From assembly GCF_006345805.1 (NCBI RefSeq), contig NC_042999.1, forward strand, positions 25,482,001-25,546,000: 64,000 bases of DNA, read 5' to 3'. The first letter of the stretch is position 1. The number at the start of each line of letters is the position of its first letter. Source of the DNA: Octopus sinensis (lineage: Eukaryota). Both the position numbers and the translations under genes were made by a program. The notes beneath the pieces were generated by a model, which was not told where the DNA came from, did not search any database, and saw only the letters and a program-made list of their open reading frames with translations. This document shows positions 36,590 to 50,399 of the stretch, piece after piece.

Positions 36590-38046
36590 TATGTATCTCA
36601 TATACCAAAATTATATCTAATTTAGTGACCCATAATTGTACACAATATCTTTGAAGATCATTAATTCGGATCCACCTAAGGCTGGTGGTTACAAAATATA
36701 ATCTGATCTAATTCAAGATCTAGTGTTTATGATTCAAAATTCAAACCTACGGTCATTATAGGTTCAACTTGATAACAGTTTTTATGTTGTATCGGGTTTT
36801 CAAATGATCCTCATATTCTTTGCATTCAAAAACTATAGTCCCAAACCAGATCTACTAATACTAGTTAAACCCACACTATTCTTAGTTCGCTCTGAAAACA
36901 CGACAGTGGTATAGTATACTAACCAGGTGAATTAACTGGGTGAAAATGCAATTAGGTTATGTCTATGCAGCAGAAACGTGCGTCGCTCACATTTAAATCA
37001 AATATGCTGCGTAGAAAATAAAAAAAAATGCAGACGTATATACTGTAATTGTCTTTGATATGCATTTGGTAATCTATTTATAATCTAGCGATGCGAACCC
37101 AGGGTATACTCGTAGAATGATATACACTTACCTCAAGTAGTCCTATGCACTCATCAGCAATCCATATGGTTAGCCATATCTTGGATTATAACTGAGTAAT
37201 CGAACTCTGCCCACCTGGATACATTTTCCCTATCTCTTCACTCTATACATCCATATATACACACGCACATTCATGTATATGCACACACGTATATAAATAG
37301 ATATATACATGCAGCGATGGAGCTTTTTCTCTTTTTTAAAAGTAAACTCATTCTTCATTGGAGAATTTCACATTATTAAAAAAAAACGAAAGGCAACATA
37401 CATGCCTCTGTGTATGCGTATACATTTAGTTTCTCTTCTTTGGGAGGGCGTAGTTTTTCTTTACTTTTCAATTCATGAGAAATGTCAAAAGAGTTACATT
37501 ATTTAGTTGCTAACATGGGGAAACAAGAATTCTTTTGCTCCTGTGCTTGTATCAAACAGCAATAGAATATTTGCAGAATATATAATGACATTTAAAATGG
37601 AACACAAAAAGATTTTCGAAAATATAATTACAAAAACCAAAAAAAAAAAAAAAGAATTTTTAAAGTAAAACCAGGTATTTTCGAAGACATATCGGCTATA
37701 TTGTTGAAATTCTTTTTATATTATATAAAATACTTTTTCTTTCACATTTTCAGTAGCCTTATATTTGTTTTATTTGAGTCGCCATATTTCATAGGTGGAA
37801 AAAAGAAACAAAAAAACATCTCGACAATTTTTATCTGTCATTAAAAAACCTAAACATAAATGGAAACTATTCTTCACAATTAGATGCATGATTTCTATTT
37901 ATTATTGAATTTGCCGTTGTTTATTTTGTTTCTGCTATAATTTTATTCAAAACAGCTTTCTCACTAATTTTATGTTGAAAGCTTTCTTGACATTTCAGTT
38001 TTGACATTGCAAAGCAAATACACGCGCGAATATATGTTTTTAGATA

Positions 38047-38081
<35 letters not shown>

Positions 38082-38391
38082 GTTCAAAAACACACACTCA
38101 CACATTCACACATATACACTTACGTAAGCACACACACAAACACACATATACGTGTACATGTGTGTATGTTTGTGCGTGTGTGAATATGTCTATATGTATG
38201 TTTCTCTCTCCCCCTCTGTATTTATATATATATATATTTGTGTATATATATATAAACATACATGCACATATACATACATAAATACATACATACATACATA
38301 TATGCATATATATATATATATATATGTGGATTATAAGTGGATAAATCAGTGTATTGGCTTTAGAATAAACTTCTTTAGCCCTTAATTATAA

Positions 38392-38428
<37 letters not shown>

Positions 38429-39046
38429 AACTCTTGGTTACATGAAACTCAGAGTAACCATTTTCGGAAATTATTCAGCTCAATAAAGCAGTTTATGATA
38501 TATGTACCTCTCTCTCCCTCTCCCTACCTTCCTCTCTCTCTCTCTCTCTCCCTCTCTCTATCTATCTATCTGCACACATATATTATTTCATTCTTGCTGC
38601 ATGTAAGTTACTAACGAAAGTATCTTCTAGATCACTAGGCGTCATATCTACATTCTTCACATTGGCTAGGACTTATTTCTTCTTCAATTAAATAAATTCA
38701 GTTTAATACATGGCATCAAATTATCGGATGATAGCTGATTATTTTGTTGTTCATTCTCACTCGCCGTAATGGCTGCGTTTTCCTGTTTCCTAACTCGTTC
38801 AGTGGGATTTATTTTTTAATCCATGAAGTGGATTTGGTTGCTTAGCATCAAATATGTCCAGCCGAACTCATACAGTGTCTGATAGACTGACTTGCGGGAT
38901 ACCTCCTCTGCTCTGTGTTCAAATCCTCCGGAGGACAGCTTTACTGTTCGGCATTTCGGAATCCATAAATAAAGTATAAGCCAAGTATTACGGTTATTTT
39001 CTGGCTTCCCTTTATCTCATCTACTTTCCACCACTCTCTCTCTTTC

Positions 39047-39080
<34 letters not shown>

Positions 39081-39217
39081 TCAGTTTTTCTTTCTGTCAA
39101 AGTTTCAAGCAGAATTCATTTGTGGTAGCTTTATATAACAAGAGTTCCACCGCGTTTAAATGGCCCAAAAACGTATCACTCAACATTTCCCAAAGCTGTG
39201 AACTTCCTGCTTCTAGA

Positions 39218-39218
<1 letters not shown>

Positions 39219-39289
<71 letters not shown>

Positions 39290-39312
39290 TCACACACACA
39301 CACACACTCACA
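39219..39312. repeat. (CA)n microsatellite
   Basis: Directly visible. Confidence 0.95.
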
Positions 39313-39731
39313 CATTCATGCGCATGCCTGCGTAATTATTTATCCCATGATGCCTATTTACAAAATCGTGAAGGGAGATAACGACTGCATGATTTATACA
39401 TTGATTGGGAAAAGCGCTTGTTATACTTTATCATTCACTGACCCTTTCAGTGAGAGTACAACTGTTTATCGATTCAGCATCTCAGTGGAATAGAAAAGTA
39501 TAATCAAGTTGCATACTGAATCCCAGGTATCAATCTGTAGACTCCCAGACTACAATAGAATGTGAAAATTCACTTCCTCTAAAAAGAGCTGTTTTTATCA
39601 TTTGCTTCATAAAAATATGATAGGCATTTACATATATGGTGTGAGAGGAAGGAAATGACAAGGAAAGGAGAAAAACACTAAAAGAAAACGTATCTCTTTA
39701 TTTGTATTTTTGTTCTAAACTTTTCTTGCAG

Positions 39732-39909
39732 GTATTTCGATATTCAGCTTTACCAAACACCACTGCGAATTAATGGCATCAAATTCCATAGCGACACGAA
39801 GATATCTTTGTTGAAAGTAGCTTTGCGTGACAGAGTATCTTCAATATGGTCCGATTTCGCGGGAAAGGAAAACAAGCATGGATTCCACTTTCTTTATAAT
39901 AAATTTTAG
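39732..39909 (+). CDS. Candidate exon (YFDIQLYQTPLRINGIKF..)
   Basis: Very good acceptor TTCTAAACTTTTCTTGCAG; 58 open codons to TAG; donor uncertain (possibly 39848). Confidence 0.25.
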
Positions 39910-40683
39910 ATTTGCTTTTGCCATTAGGTTTGTGTCGTTACATTGAGGTTGTTGTTTCTGTGGATGTTATTGTTCTTGTTAGAAATGCAAATTTTTAGAG
40001 CTATTATTATCTGCAAATAAATGTACCGATATAAATATTCTTTTATTGGAAATGACACCTGAGATAATGTTTGAATGTGAGACACATTCATGACACCAGA
40101 TTTATTGAACGGATGTTTTCTGTTTATTGAAAACATGACCGACACCTTGCCGATACGGCTCTATACATTACAATATAGAAAATAAATATGGGTGAAAGCA
40201 TTATGCGAATGTGCCACCTGCTAAATATAGCAGCTTATTGAGAAGAAAAAGAAGGCGGAATGAAAATGCTTAGTAATTTTCTCAATATACGCAAATTAGT
40301 ATTATTATGCATTGCCTGCTTGATGCTTCCTAACTTGATGCTTACTAAGCGCAACATCAGATAATTTCACACAAAAATATTTCAGTTTACATGACCAAAT
40401 TTCCCTGGAAGTCGACTTAAAGGATGTACAAATACATCATATTTTTGTCACTCTCATTATAGAATGGAAAATGTAAGATCCCTATGATGAGGGGTCTTAC
40501 ACAGAAAAAGCCTGCAGAATCGTTATTTCTGCCAACAGTTTCTGTAATTTAAACACATAACTTATATGTATGTACACGTATGGCTCATCAATGGATACAT
40601 ATGAAATTGTTTACGATATGAAACCTCATTGAGAATACACATGAAAAGAGAATTATATGCATACCTCTTTACATCCATACAGA

Positions 40684-40757
<74 letters not shown>

Positions 40758-40806
40758 CATTTGTATGTATATATGTATCATGTATGTATACACACACAAA
40801 TATATA

Positions 40807-41180
40807 GGGGCAGGTGTGGCCGTGTTGTAAGAACCTTGCTTCCCAAGCTCATGGGCCGACTAAACCTTGAGTGGATTTTGTAGACAGAAACTGTAAGAAG
40901 CCTGTCGTATATATATATGTATATTTATATATATATTTATATATATATATATATATACACTCGTGTATGTCATTGTGTTTGTGCTTGTCCCCACCATCGC
41001 TTGACAACCGGTGTTGATGTGTTAACGTCCCGTAACCTACCTGTTTGATAAAAGGTACTGACTGATGAAGTGCCAGGCTTTTAAAATGTAATGATCTGGA
41101 CTCATTCGACTAAAGATTCTACAAGGTAGTGCCCAGCATGGCTGTAGTCTAATGACTAAAGCAAGAAAAAAGTAAAAGAG
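40807..41180 (+). mobile_element. SINE family A with an internal deletion in the head
   Basis: Aligns to family A from head to tail. Confidence 0.75.
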
Positions 41181-41328
41181 CACACATTTCTGCTTATGTC
41201 TCGGCATTTCTTGGTCGGTGGAGCTCAGCTTGTGTTGTCCCAGAGGTCATCGTTGCTGCTTTCATACTCTGCATATTTTCCATCTATGATGTCTCGGAGG
41301 CATGTGTTTTTGATGGCTTTACACTTTA

Positions 41329-42351
41329 CGAGGTGGACTGAAAATTTCATACGCTGACTACGAAAGAGTGGTACTAGAACTGTGAAGCCTCGCATGCATA
41401 CATTTCAAAAGTGACTAGGGGCGACGTGTCTGGAAAATGGATAAAATTTGGGACTGTGGTATTATCAAGTACATGACGAAAATGGTTTAGCTCTCAAAGA
41501 CATTCATGTTGGCATGGTTGCAATTTTAGGAAATAACACTCCAGATTCATCAACAGTGCAAAAGTGAATGGCTGAATTTAGGAGGGGAAGGGAGATTCTT
41601 GAACGTGACTCGAAATCTGGACGTCTTGGAAATGACAGCACCGGAGAAAACATTGATAGTGGTCAATATATGGTGTTGGAAGTAGGTGATTGATTAAAAA
41701 TCAAATACACAATGCTATCAACATACCTTGAGAAAGACCTCAGCGTACCAGGCTGATTACACCACGGGAAAATCTGATATAGCTTTAGGCAGATCCAGCA
41801 GATTTCCTTAAACGTGTCCTAATCCAAGATGAGTGTTGGGTTCATCACTTGGAGCCAGAGATAATGGAAACACTCCTCAATTAACATAAAGAAGGCCAAG
41901 ACCGTTTCATTTTCAGGAAAGGAGATGGCCTCAGTGTTTTGGAATGAAAAGGCATTATGGTTTTGGGTCACACCATTAATGGAGAGTACTATGCCAACTT
42001 GCCCAGGAAAACTTACGAATGTAGACTTGTTTCATGATGCTCAATTACACAAATCCTTGGTTTTCATGGCTGCTGTGCGTGGCCAAGTCTTTCAACTAGT
42101 TGATCTGTCTCCCTACTCTTCTGTTTTGACCCCATCTAACTACCATTTCTTTTCCAACATAAAACCTCCAGTTGGCTGAAACCACTATCACAGTGGTGAT
42201 GACGTCACATCTGCTGTTACTCACTCGTTTTTAGGAATAGGATGAAAGCTTCTTCATCAATGGAATCCAAGCACTGCAACACTGATGGATGAAGTGTGTG
42301 GACCTCAAAGTGTCTCATTTGAGCAGACTAAGACTGTTCAGCCGACCTTCG
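41329..42351 (+). mobile_element. Decayed mariner (DD34D-type) transposon with TA TSDs
   Basis: TA|CGAGGTGGACTGAAAA..TTCAGCCGACCTTCG|TA ends; remnants MDK.., DECWVHHLEPE, MASVFW, PYSSVLTPSNYHF (cf. PYSPDLAPSDYHLF); many stops and deletions. Confidence 0.85.
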
Positions 42352-42644
42352 TAATAGAGATGTTAAAAATAATGCCAGACCTCTGAGTAAGTCTTTTTCA
42401 AATGTGAAAATACTGTACATCAGGCCTAACCCACTCTTCATTCTGAACAACGTATGCATTGTCCCCAAAGGAAGAATTAGTCTACACCATGGACTGGAGA
42501 CAATATAAGTTGCAGATGTTACATTAGAGTGATTCTTCGAGAGAAATGTTTAAATAAAGATTAGAGTTCATTTGTGTCTCTCTCGCAGTCTAGTGATGAG
42601 TACTTTGGTTTTGGTGCCCTGTTTTCTCTGTCGATTCCGTTTAG

Positions 42645-42680
42645 GAGAATAGTCTTTGCTTTACATATAAATGATGGATG
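42645..42680 (+). CDS. Candidate 36-nt exon (RIVFALHINDG)
   Basis: Acceptor TTTTCTCTGTCGATTCCGTTTAG, donor ATG|GTAACA, phase 2-2. Confidence 0.25.
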
Positions 42681-43167
42681 GTAACAGACAAATGATATTT
42701 GCTTCTGTGGATTTTAAGAGAAACTAGAACTGCTGTTACTACAAGCGATGAAGAATAGGAAGGAAACAAAAGTTTAGTACTGTGTCATTTTTCTAAGAAA
42801 TGCATATGAAATTCGGGAACTGATATGAAAGATCAATTTGTTTCAGTTTATTTCCCCTTTCTATTTCAGCATGACTAAATCGCCTTTTCAAACATTTGAA
42901 ACTGGTAGCATATTTTTATCAAAATAGAAATACTGTCTTTCATTTATCTGTGATAAAGTTCTCAAGGTACATTCTTCATTTTTTTTTATTTTTCAAAATA
43001 CACAGAAACACACTTTTAAATCGACTAAATGTACGGTGAGGTTCTTATCAAAGTGAAAAGTTTGAGAAGTTCTAATGCATATAACTTTAAAAATATGTTA
43101 TGTCACTTTATGACTTTTGTCAAACAATATACATTTTCATATTTTTCAGTTCTATTTTTCTTGCTTG

Positions 43168-43264
43168 TGTCACCACATATGTGTATGTATGTATATATGA
43201 ATGTATACATGTATGTATATATGTATACATGTTTGTATGTATATATATAGATACACACACACAT

Positions 43265-43314
<50 letters not shown>

Positions 43315-43397
43315 ATATGTATATATGTATGTGTATATAGGTATATATATATGTATATATATATATGAGTATATGTATATGTATGCATATATACATG

Positions 43398-43461
<64 letters not shown>

Positions 43462-43610
43462 ATAAATGTATGTACACACACACACATACATATATGTGCA
43501 GCACACACATTTACACTCATGGTCTATCTGTCTGTCTGTCTCTCTCACTCGCACACGTACACACCCGTACACACACAGTGCACTCACTCACACGCACACA
43601 CACACACACA
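43168..43610. repeat. Mixed (TA)n/(TATG)n/(CA)n microsatellite block
   Basis: Directly visible. Confidence 0.9.
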
Positions 43611-43900
43611 TCTCCGTGATAAAATGTCGACACGAGGGAAGCGTAATGAGCCTATGTGTTTCCAAATACTTCCTGTACCTGTTAAAAATAATAACTAAAT
43701 CCTCATTAGCCCAGTTCCCTAGTCTGAAAATTAGTTAACATATAGGGCGATGTACATGTCGCAATATTATATCCGAAAAATACGGAACATTTACTACTGA
43801 AACAATGTGGACTTTTCGTCAGTTGAACAAAAGCTGATGAGAAGTTAAATGATAGAAAGAATGGTGAAATACACGAATGACTTTCAGTTTCACTTTTCAG

Positions 43901-44059
43901 TCATTCTGAGTTCATAATGTACGATTTTATTTTGATTGCGCGCTGGAATATTGATGTATTTCAACTGGGCGTTCGGCCAAATTCTCTGAGTGAAATCCGA
44001 GTTGATGTCGATTATATCGACCTTATTATATTGACAACAGACATAGACGTTCACCCGAG
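43901..44059 (+). CDS. Candidate exon (HSEFIMYDF..TDIDVHPR)
   Basis: Acceptor CTTTCAGTTTCACTTTTCAG, donor GAG|GTAGAT, 159 bp open phase 2-2; the antisense frame is also open. Confidence 0.3.
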
Positions 44060-44461
44060 GTAGATGGATATGAAATGAGATCATCAGTAAGCTACGAAAC
44101 CACTGTTATATAATGAGTTCAGTTTTCTAACGTTTTCTTTGTCGTTTTCTATGCGTTTCTAATTTTCTCTCCGTTTTATCTATCTACAGACACACACGCA
44201 GACAAACACGTACTCAAACGCATGAACACACTCTCAAACGCACGCATACACACACGCGCACGCGCAAACACGTACATAACACAATGTCATATGTTACCGA
44301 AGAATTATAGCCGGCGCAGAGAATCAAGAAATATCTGGAACTTTCATATCATTATGAAAATGGCAAGAAGGAAAACTACGGACATGAGTTACTGCCGCAA
44401 TAAGTGTCACTTCTACAGGTGTTTCCTTAATTGCAAATTGATATGATTCTTAGATATATAC

Positions 44462-44553
44462 CGGAAGTATATAAGCTCCGATTCTTGAAATTATCCCTGT
44501 GCCTCGCCGATAATCTTTCGGAATAACCACAAGACATTTTATTTCAAACTTCT
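44462..44553 (-). CDS. Candidate exon (KFEIKCLVVIPKDYRRGTGIISRIGAYILP)
   Basis: Acceptor ATCAACTTCTCCAG, donor CCG|GTATAT, only one open frame; competes with a plus-strand candidate at 44454-44642. Confidence 0.25.
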
Positions 44554-44777
44554 CTGGAGAAGTTGATATCAATAGATAAGAATATACAAACCAATGTTAA
44601 CGAAGGAACTTGGAACAAGAGTTTCTTCTTGGAAGTTACTAAGTAATATTTAGAAGAATAACATTATCAATGAATAAGATTGTTTAATGAAGCGAGGGAA
44701 ATGTAAATGAAGTCGATTTATGCAGTAAAGATATATTATGAGGAATTTTTACTGTGAAATGTAATTTTAAACTTCTT

Positions 44778-44972
44778 TCTCTTATTATTTTCAGTCATTA
44801 GATTGCGACCATGCCGGAAGAGTACGTTCAATGGTTTAATCGAACAAATCGATCCCATTATTTGTTTTTAAAGTCCGGTACTTATTCTATCAACTCTTTT
44901 GTCGAACCTCTAGTTTACGATGTCATCAACAAGCATCGGTTGTCAAGCGTTGGTGGATGACAAGCACAAAAC
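44778..44972 (-). mobile_element. SINE family A 3' half
   Basis: Reverse complement of the family A tail region. Confidence 0.7.
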
Positions 44973-45023
44973 ACATATATGTACATATGCATACATACAC
45001 ACACATATCTCTCTCTCTCTCTA

Positions 45024-45059
<36 letters not shown>

Positions 45060-45254
45060 ACAAAACAAATAGTTAGGGGTTATCAATCCGGTTGAAATAC
45101 TTCATAAGTCCTCCGTTGTCACACCACGCTAACAATATTACTTACATAAGTGAAGAACTCCAAGTAATCTTTTGGTAGGTTTCAAAGTTATGGCTCATCA
45201 CAATTCTATATTGTAAATCTGCGAATGAGCTTCAAATAAAAAAATTTTTACAAA

Positions 45255-45440
45255 GTCATGCGGAGAAAATCCCTGGAGAAGGACATCATGCTCGGAATGG
45301 TCAGTGGCAAGAGAGGCCGACCAACAACCCGCTGGCTTGACACCATCAAGAGTGATACTGAAAGAAGCGGCCCAGGATAGAACTGACTGGAGGACACTGA
45401 TCCAACGAGTAACCGAGAGTCGACATCGACTGAGCGGATA
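45255..45440 (+). pseudogene. RTE-clade (BovB-like) LINE 3' end
   Basis: MRRKSLEKDIMLGMVSGK..GRPTTRWLDTIK..AAQDRTDWRTLIQRVTESRHRL. Confidence 0.85.
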
Positions 45441-45861
45441 TATAGAGATAGATAGATATATAATTCATTTATTATAGCAAATTTGTCTATAATGACAACT
45501 GGAAACAGTTGTCATTATAGACAGCTTCACTCAACTGATATATTGATAAATTGAGGTAAATTGAAAGACCTAAGAAAACTAGTGATACCTTCGTGAGAGC
45601 CAATTCCAGCAATGGCTCTGACGAAGGTATCATTAGATTTTTTTGGTCTTTCAATTTTTTTGTCTTACAATTTACCTCAATTACTAATGATCTCCCATGG
45701 AATATAATCAGATTCATGCTTATGTTTAGTGAGGACTGGAGGAAAATATACTCCTTGTTTGATATTTTGAATAAGCAAATTCAATGAAATTCTATGATTT
45801 AGAAGATTAGTCTATTTGATAGAAATATTTTTGCAAGTGTTGGATGTATTGTTTTCAAATT

Positions 45862-46069
45862 TTGGAACAAGACGAGCAATTTCGACGGAGTAGGTAAGTC
45901 GATATCAACGACTCATGTGTTCAACTGGCACTTATTTTAATGACCCTGAAATGATGAAGGGGAAAATCAGCCACGGTGACATTTGAACTCAGAAAGTAAA
46001 GACAGACGAAATGTCGTTCAGTTTTTTGCGCGGCGTGCAGCAAACAATTATGCCAACTCACCGTCCTTT
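45862..46069 (-). mobile_element. SINE family C, degraded
   Basis: TTTGAACTCAGAA and GTAAGTCGAT motifs. Confidence 0.65.
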
Positions 46070-46158
46070 AATGTAGAAATAAAACTGAAGCAAATGAACA
46101 GCAAATATATAGTGCGTGTGTTTTATTGGCTAAACTGGCAACATGACCATCTCTAAAT

Positions 46159-46200
<42 letters not shown>

Positions 46201-46204
<4 letters not shown>

Positions 46205-46392
46205 GGAAAGTTTACGAAAATAAACAAAAGACGAAGGCAGGTGGAGTACAAACAGACAAATGTATTAGTATAGCGCTCAGGAATAGAAAAAGTATTTTAC
46301 GTTTCGAGCCTACGCTCTTCGACAGAAAGATACACAGAAGAAAACAAGGAGAGAAAAAATACATGTAGGAGCTGACGATCTATCATAGCGTC
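46201..46392 (-). mobile_element. Hammerhead-bearing repeat, family P1
   Basis: Motif CTTT CTGTCGA A GAGC GTAG GCTC GAAA CGT A AAAT at 46294-46329; (TA)n flanks. Confidence 0.85.
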
Positions 46393-47844
46393 CTGACTTC
46401 GGACATATATATATGTATGTATATATTTATGTATATATATGTGTGTGTGCATGCATGAGTGTGAGTGTGTACACACACATATATATTTATACACATCTAT
46501 ATATAATTACACACACGCGCACACACATATATATTGTTGTATTTGGAGATAAAAAATTGACAATTATGATTTGGGTCGTTCATATCATTTACTGCAGATT
46601 AGTAATATCAATGAGATTCTAGAACCATTTGTTATATTAAAAAAACAAACTATGCTTTCATTTTAAGAGGAAGATAGATAGATACAATAACGTTTGTGGC
46701 TATCTAATGCTTGATGGTAATTAAGTATGAAAAATATAACTTAGTATAGTACGGCTTTTACGCAATATATTTCTAAAACACAACCCTGCATTTTTTAGCA
46801 TTTTCTTTACGTTTCAAATTGACAAATGATATACTGTTATTCCCTGTGTAATTTAGATGCAAATGATTACAGTCAAAAGTTGTTTGAAGCCAATTAACAG
46901 AACTTTACGGTTTGACACTACTCATTATAATTTTCCAAAATTTCTACATGGACAATTTTTTTTTTCATATTCGTAACCATTTTGTTTCAGCAATAAACAA
47001 TAACAGAAGATTGAAATTTTGTTTTTTGATTTTATTTCCGCCAATCAGATGCATCAACTCTAGGCAGTCGGAATTGCTCTATTCTCTTGCAACATTTGAT
47101 TTTCGTTTTTTATGACACTTGTTCACCTAGTATTATTTTTAACTATCAAAACTCATATAGTTTTAAAGGTATTAACTTCCAAATCTAATTCTACATTTTA
47201 TAATCAGTCTTAATTTTGTCAAATATATTGAATACAAAAATTTCAGAAATTTAGATGTTTTTTTTTTTTAGCAAATGCTTACTTTCAACTGATAAACACG
47301 TAGGATACCAGCCAGCGCAACCTCAACTAATGATAATAAATTTACACACACTGACAAAAACACGCACACACAAACATACAGAAACACAGCCCTGAAACAC
47401 ACATGCAGACATATTTACATACATATATACATTTGTGTATTTATGTATGAATGTGTGTATGTATGTGTCAAAATATGTAATATGAAACAAGAAAAAATTT
47501 TACTTGAAAATATCTGTATTTTATCTCATCAAAATGCTGGGAAACAAAAATAAAATTCTATCTTATTGACAGTTATGTATACAGATATTTATTATATGCA
47601 CAACTGGCGAACATATTCTGTTTTCCCAAGACTTGTATGTTTAATTAGCCTCCCTAATTTCTGTCAGTGACTTCTTGTTGCTGGCATCGAAACAAAAATG
47701 TTTTCAATCAAGTAATAACAGCTAAAATAGTTTAACTAAAACATAAGTGCAATGAAAAATGATAGATGTATATGAGCTGAGTTTGTAAAGTATAAAATTA
47801 GACTACAGATAGGCTAATAGTTATATTTCAGTTTGGATAGTCTA

Positions 47845-48740
47845 TGTTTGTGTATGTATGTATGTATGTATGTATGTATGTATGTATGTATGTATGTATG
47901 TATGTATTATTTGTATGTATGTATGTGTGTATGTATGCACGTATGCATGTATGCATGGATGTATGAATGTATGTGTGTGGATGTATGTATGTATGTATGT
48001 ATGTATGTATGTACGTATAAATGTATATATGTATTATGTGTATGTATGTATGTGTGTATGTATGCACGTATGCATGTGTGCATGGATGTATGAATGTATG
48101 TGTATGGATGTATGTATGTATGTATGAATGTATGTGTATGGATGTATGTATGTATGTATGTATGTAGTAGAGTGTATGTGTATGTACGTATGTATTGAGT
48201 GTATGTATGTATGTATGTAGTAGAGTGTATGTGTATGTACGTATGTACGTTGAGTGTATGTATATATGTATGTATGTATGTATGTATGTAGTAGAGTGTA
48301 TGTGTATGTACGTATGTACGTTGAGTGTATGTATATATGTATGTATGTATGTATGTATGTAGTAGAGTGTATGTGTATGTACGTATGTACGTTGAGTGTA
48401 TGTATGTATGTATGTATATATGTATGTATGTAGGTATGTATGTAGTAGAGTGTATGTGTTTGTACGTATGTACGTTGAGTGTATGTATGTATGTATGTAT
48501 GTAGTAGAGTGTATGTGTATGTACGTATGTACGTTGAGTGTATGTATATATGTATGTATGTATGTAGCAGAGTGTATGTGTATGTACGTATGTACGTTGA
48601 GTGTATGTAGGTATGTATGTATGTAGTAGAGTGTATGTGTATGTACGTATGTACGTTGAGTGTATGTATGTATGTATGTATATATGTATGTATGTATGTA
48701 GGTATGTATTTATGTAGTAGAGTGTATGTGTATGTACGTA
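47845..48740. repeat. (GTAT)n satellite with ~55-63 bp higher-order units
   Basis: GTAGTAGAGTGTATGTGTATGTACGTATGTACGTTGAGT repeated about ten times. Confidence 0.95.
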
Positions 48741-49924
48741 TTCGCATATTATACAAACATAATATTTGGTGTTTAACACGTACGGATTGTAAGAACATAT
48801 CTATCTTTAACTTCTCTGCCTTAATTTGTTCTTGCATGTACCCATGTATATGGTGATGAAGACGATCCCCTTAATACGTGACGGCGCCGGCGTGACATAA
48901 GTTATGTCTTAGGCATAATAAACCTAGCGGAGCCCATCTCTCACGTCTTTAAACAGCCGATTTCAGTCACATATATATCGAGTGAGAACTTTCAACTTAT
49001 GGACACTAAAACCACGCGCACACATGCGCATAGACACACACACACATACACACACCCGCGCGCACGCATGCGCATAGACACACACACATAAACGCACCGA
49101 CGCGCACGCAGTATGATTTGTACGTGTGATTTGCATGAATCTATCAACGTTTATTTTTTAATGTATAATACACACATGTATATACGCACACATTTATGTC
49201 TCTGCGTGTGCATATATATGTGTGTGCACGAGTGTGTGTATGTGTGTGTATGTGTGTATACGTTAGGAAATAGGCACACACACAATACCCGATCTTTCCT
49301 ATAGAGATAGAAAACGTGCTTACAAATAGAATGCAAATGAGACGAGGTTAGAAAGTCAAGGCGCCAACTTGCATATTTAAAGCCGCAAAATATATTGATC
49401 TACGAAATACAGTACCATAATCTTCTATCTGAAGATTTACTTCATTGCTAGATTCTTCCTTGTTTATTCTAACAGTCTGTGAACAACTTCATTGAATGTG
49501 AAGCAATATTATTATCATTTTGCGGTCTTTACATTTTGATTTTTAATATCCCTAATTTGGAGTTACCATGGCAGTTGTACGACTTGCGCTGATATAACCG
49601 ATCTAGCTTCTGCCACTCAGTACTTGACATAAACAGAGTCCTTGAGCAAGTCAGACATATATATGTATATATATACACACACACAAGAGTTACGAAAGTT
49701 GTTTTTAATGTTTATTACCAATTGCTTGAAGCTGACTTTCTTCCTACACCCCGATTCCTGTTTACATTGGGCAGACAGCTGATTCATTTAAGAATCGTTA
49801 TCGTAACCATATCGCCATCTTTAAAGCAATCAATAACAGACATTCAAAATCTCTGGCAGATTTTCTATGGCGAGTTAAGGAGGATAAAAGGAAGTACAGC
49901 ATAACTTGGTCTATAGTAAGGCAC

Positions 49925-50399
49925 ATCATCATCATCATTGTTCGACCGTGGTCGAGACAATGGAATTTACTATGCTACGCCAGACTTCACGGTCCATCAT
50001 GGCATTACGGAGGTCCTGTTGATGGATGCCTGTATCCCTGGAGATTACATCAGGGTAGGAGAGTGTGCGCCCTCTGGTATTGCGAGTAGATGGCTTCTAG
50101 AGGAGAAGAGTAGAAATTGCCTCGATTTCCGCTCTACAACAATGTCCAGCAAACTGGACTCTCCTACCTTTCACAAGAGATGACACAGGTGGTAGTTTCC
50201 CATATATTTGCATTTTAGTTGGATGATGCTTCCACGAGAGATTTTGAGCTCTCATAAGGAGGCGAGTGTAGGTTCCATCCAACCACCTCGCAAGCTTCTT
50301 TGATAACGTCTTATCTGAGCCATATAGCAGAATTGGTTCGACTGTGGCTTTGAAGATTTCAAGTCTGAAGTCTCTACTTAGTAAGGCACACGAAACCAT
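49925..50399 (-). pseudogene. RTE-clade LINE 3' fragment with (TGA)n tail
   Basis: FKATVEPILLYGS..LDGTYTRLLMRAQNLSW..RRVQFAGHC..DREVWR; tail at 49925-49938. Confidence 0.85.

Noticed and set aside
44454-44642. Stop-codon reassignment or editing to explain in-frame TAA codons in candidate exons
   Set aside because: TAA is the commonest stop in AT-rich DNA, one or two stops per 60-90 codons is not significant, and the exons themselves are unproven.
47845-48740. CRISPR-like regular array
   Set aside because: The spacers are variable GTAT runs rather than unique sequences, there are no cas genes, and the context is eukaryotic.
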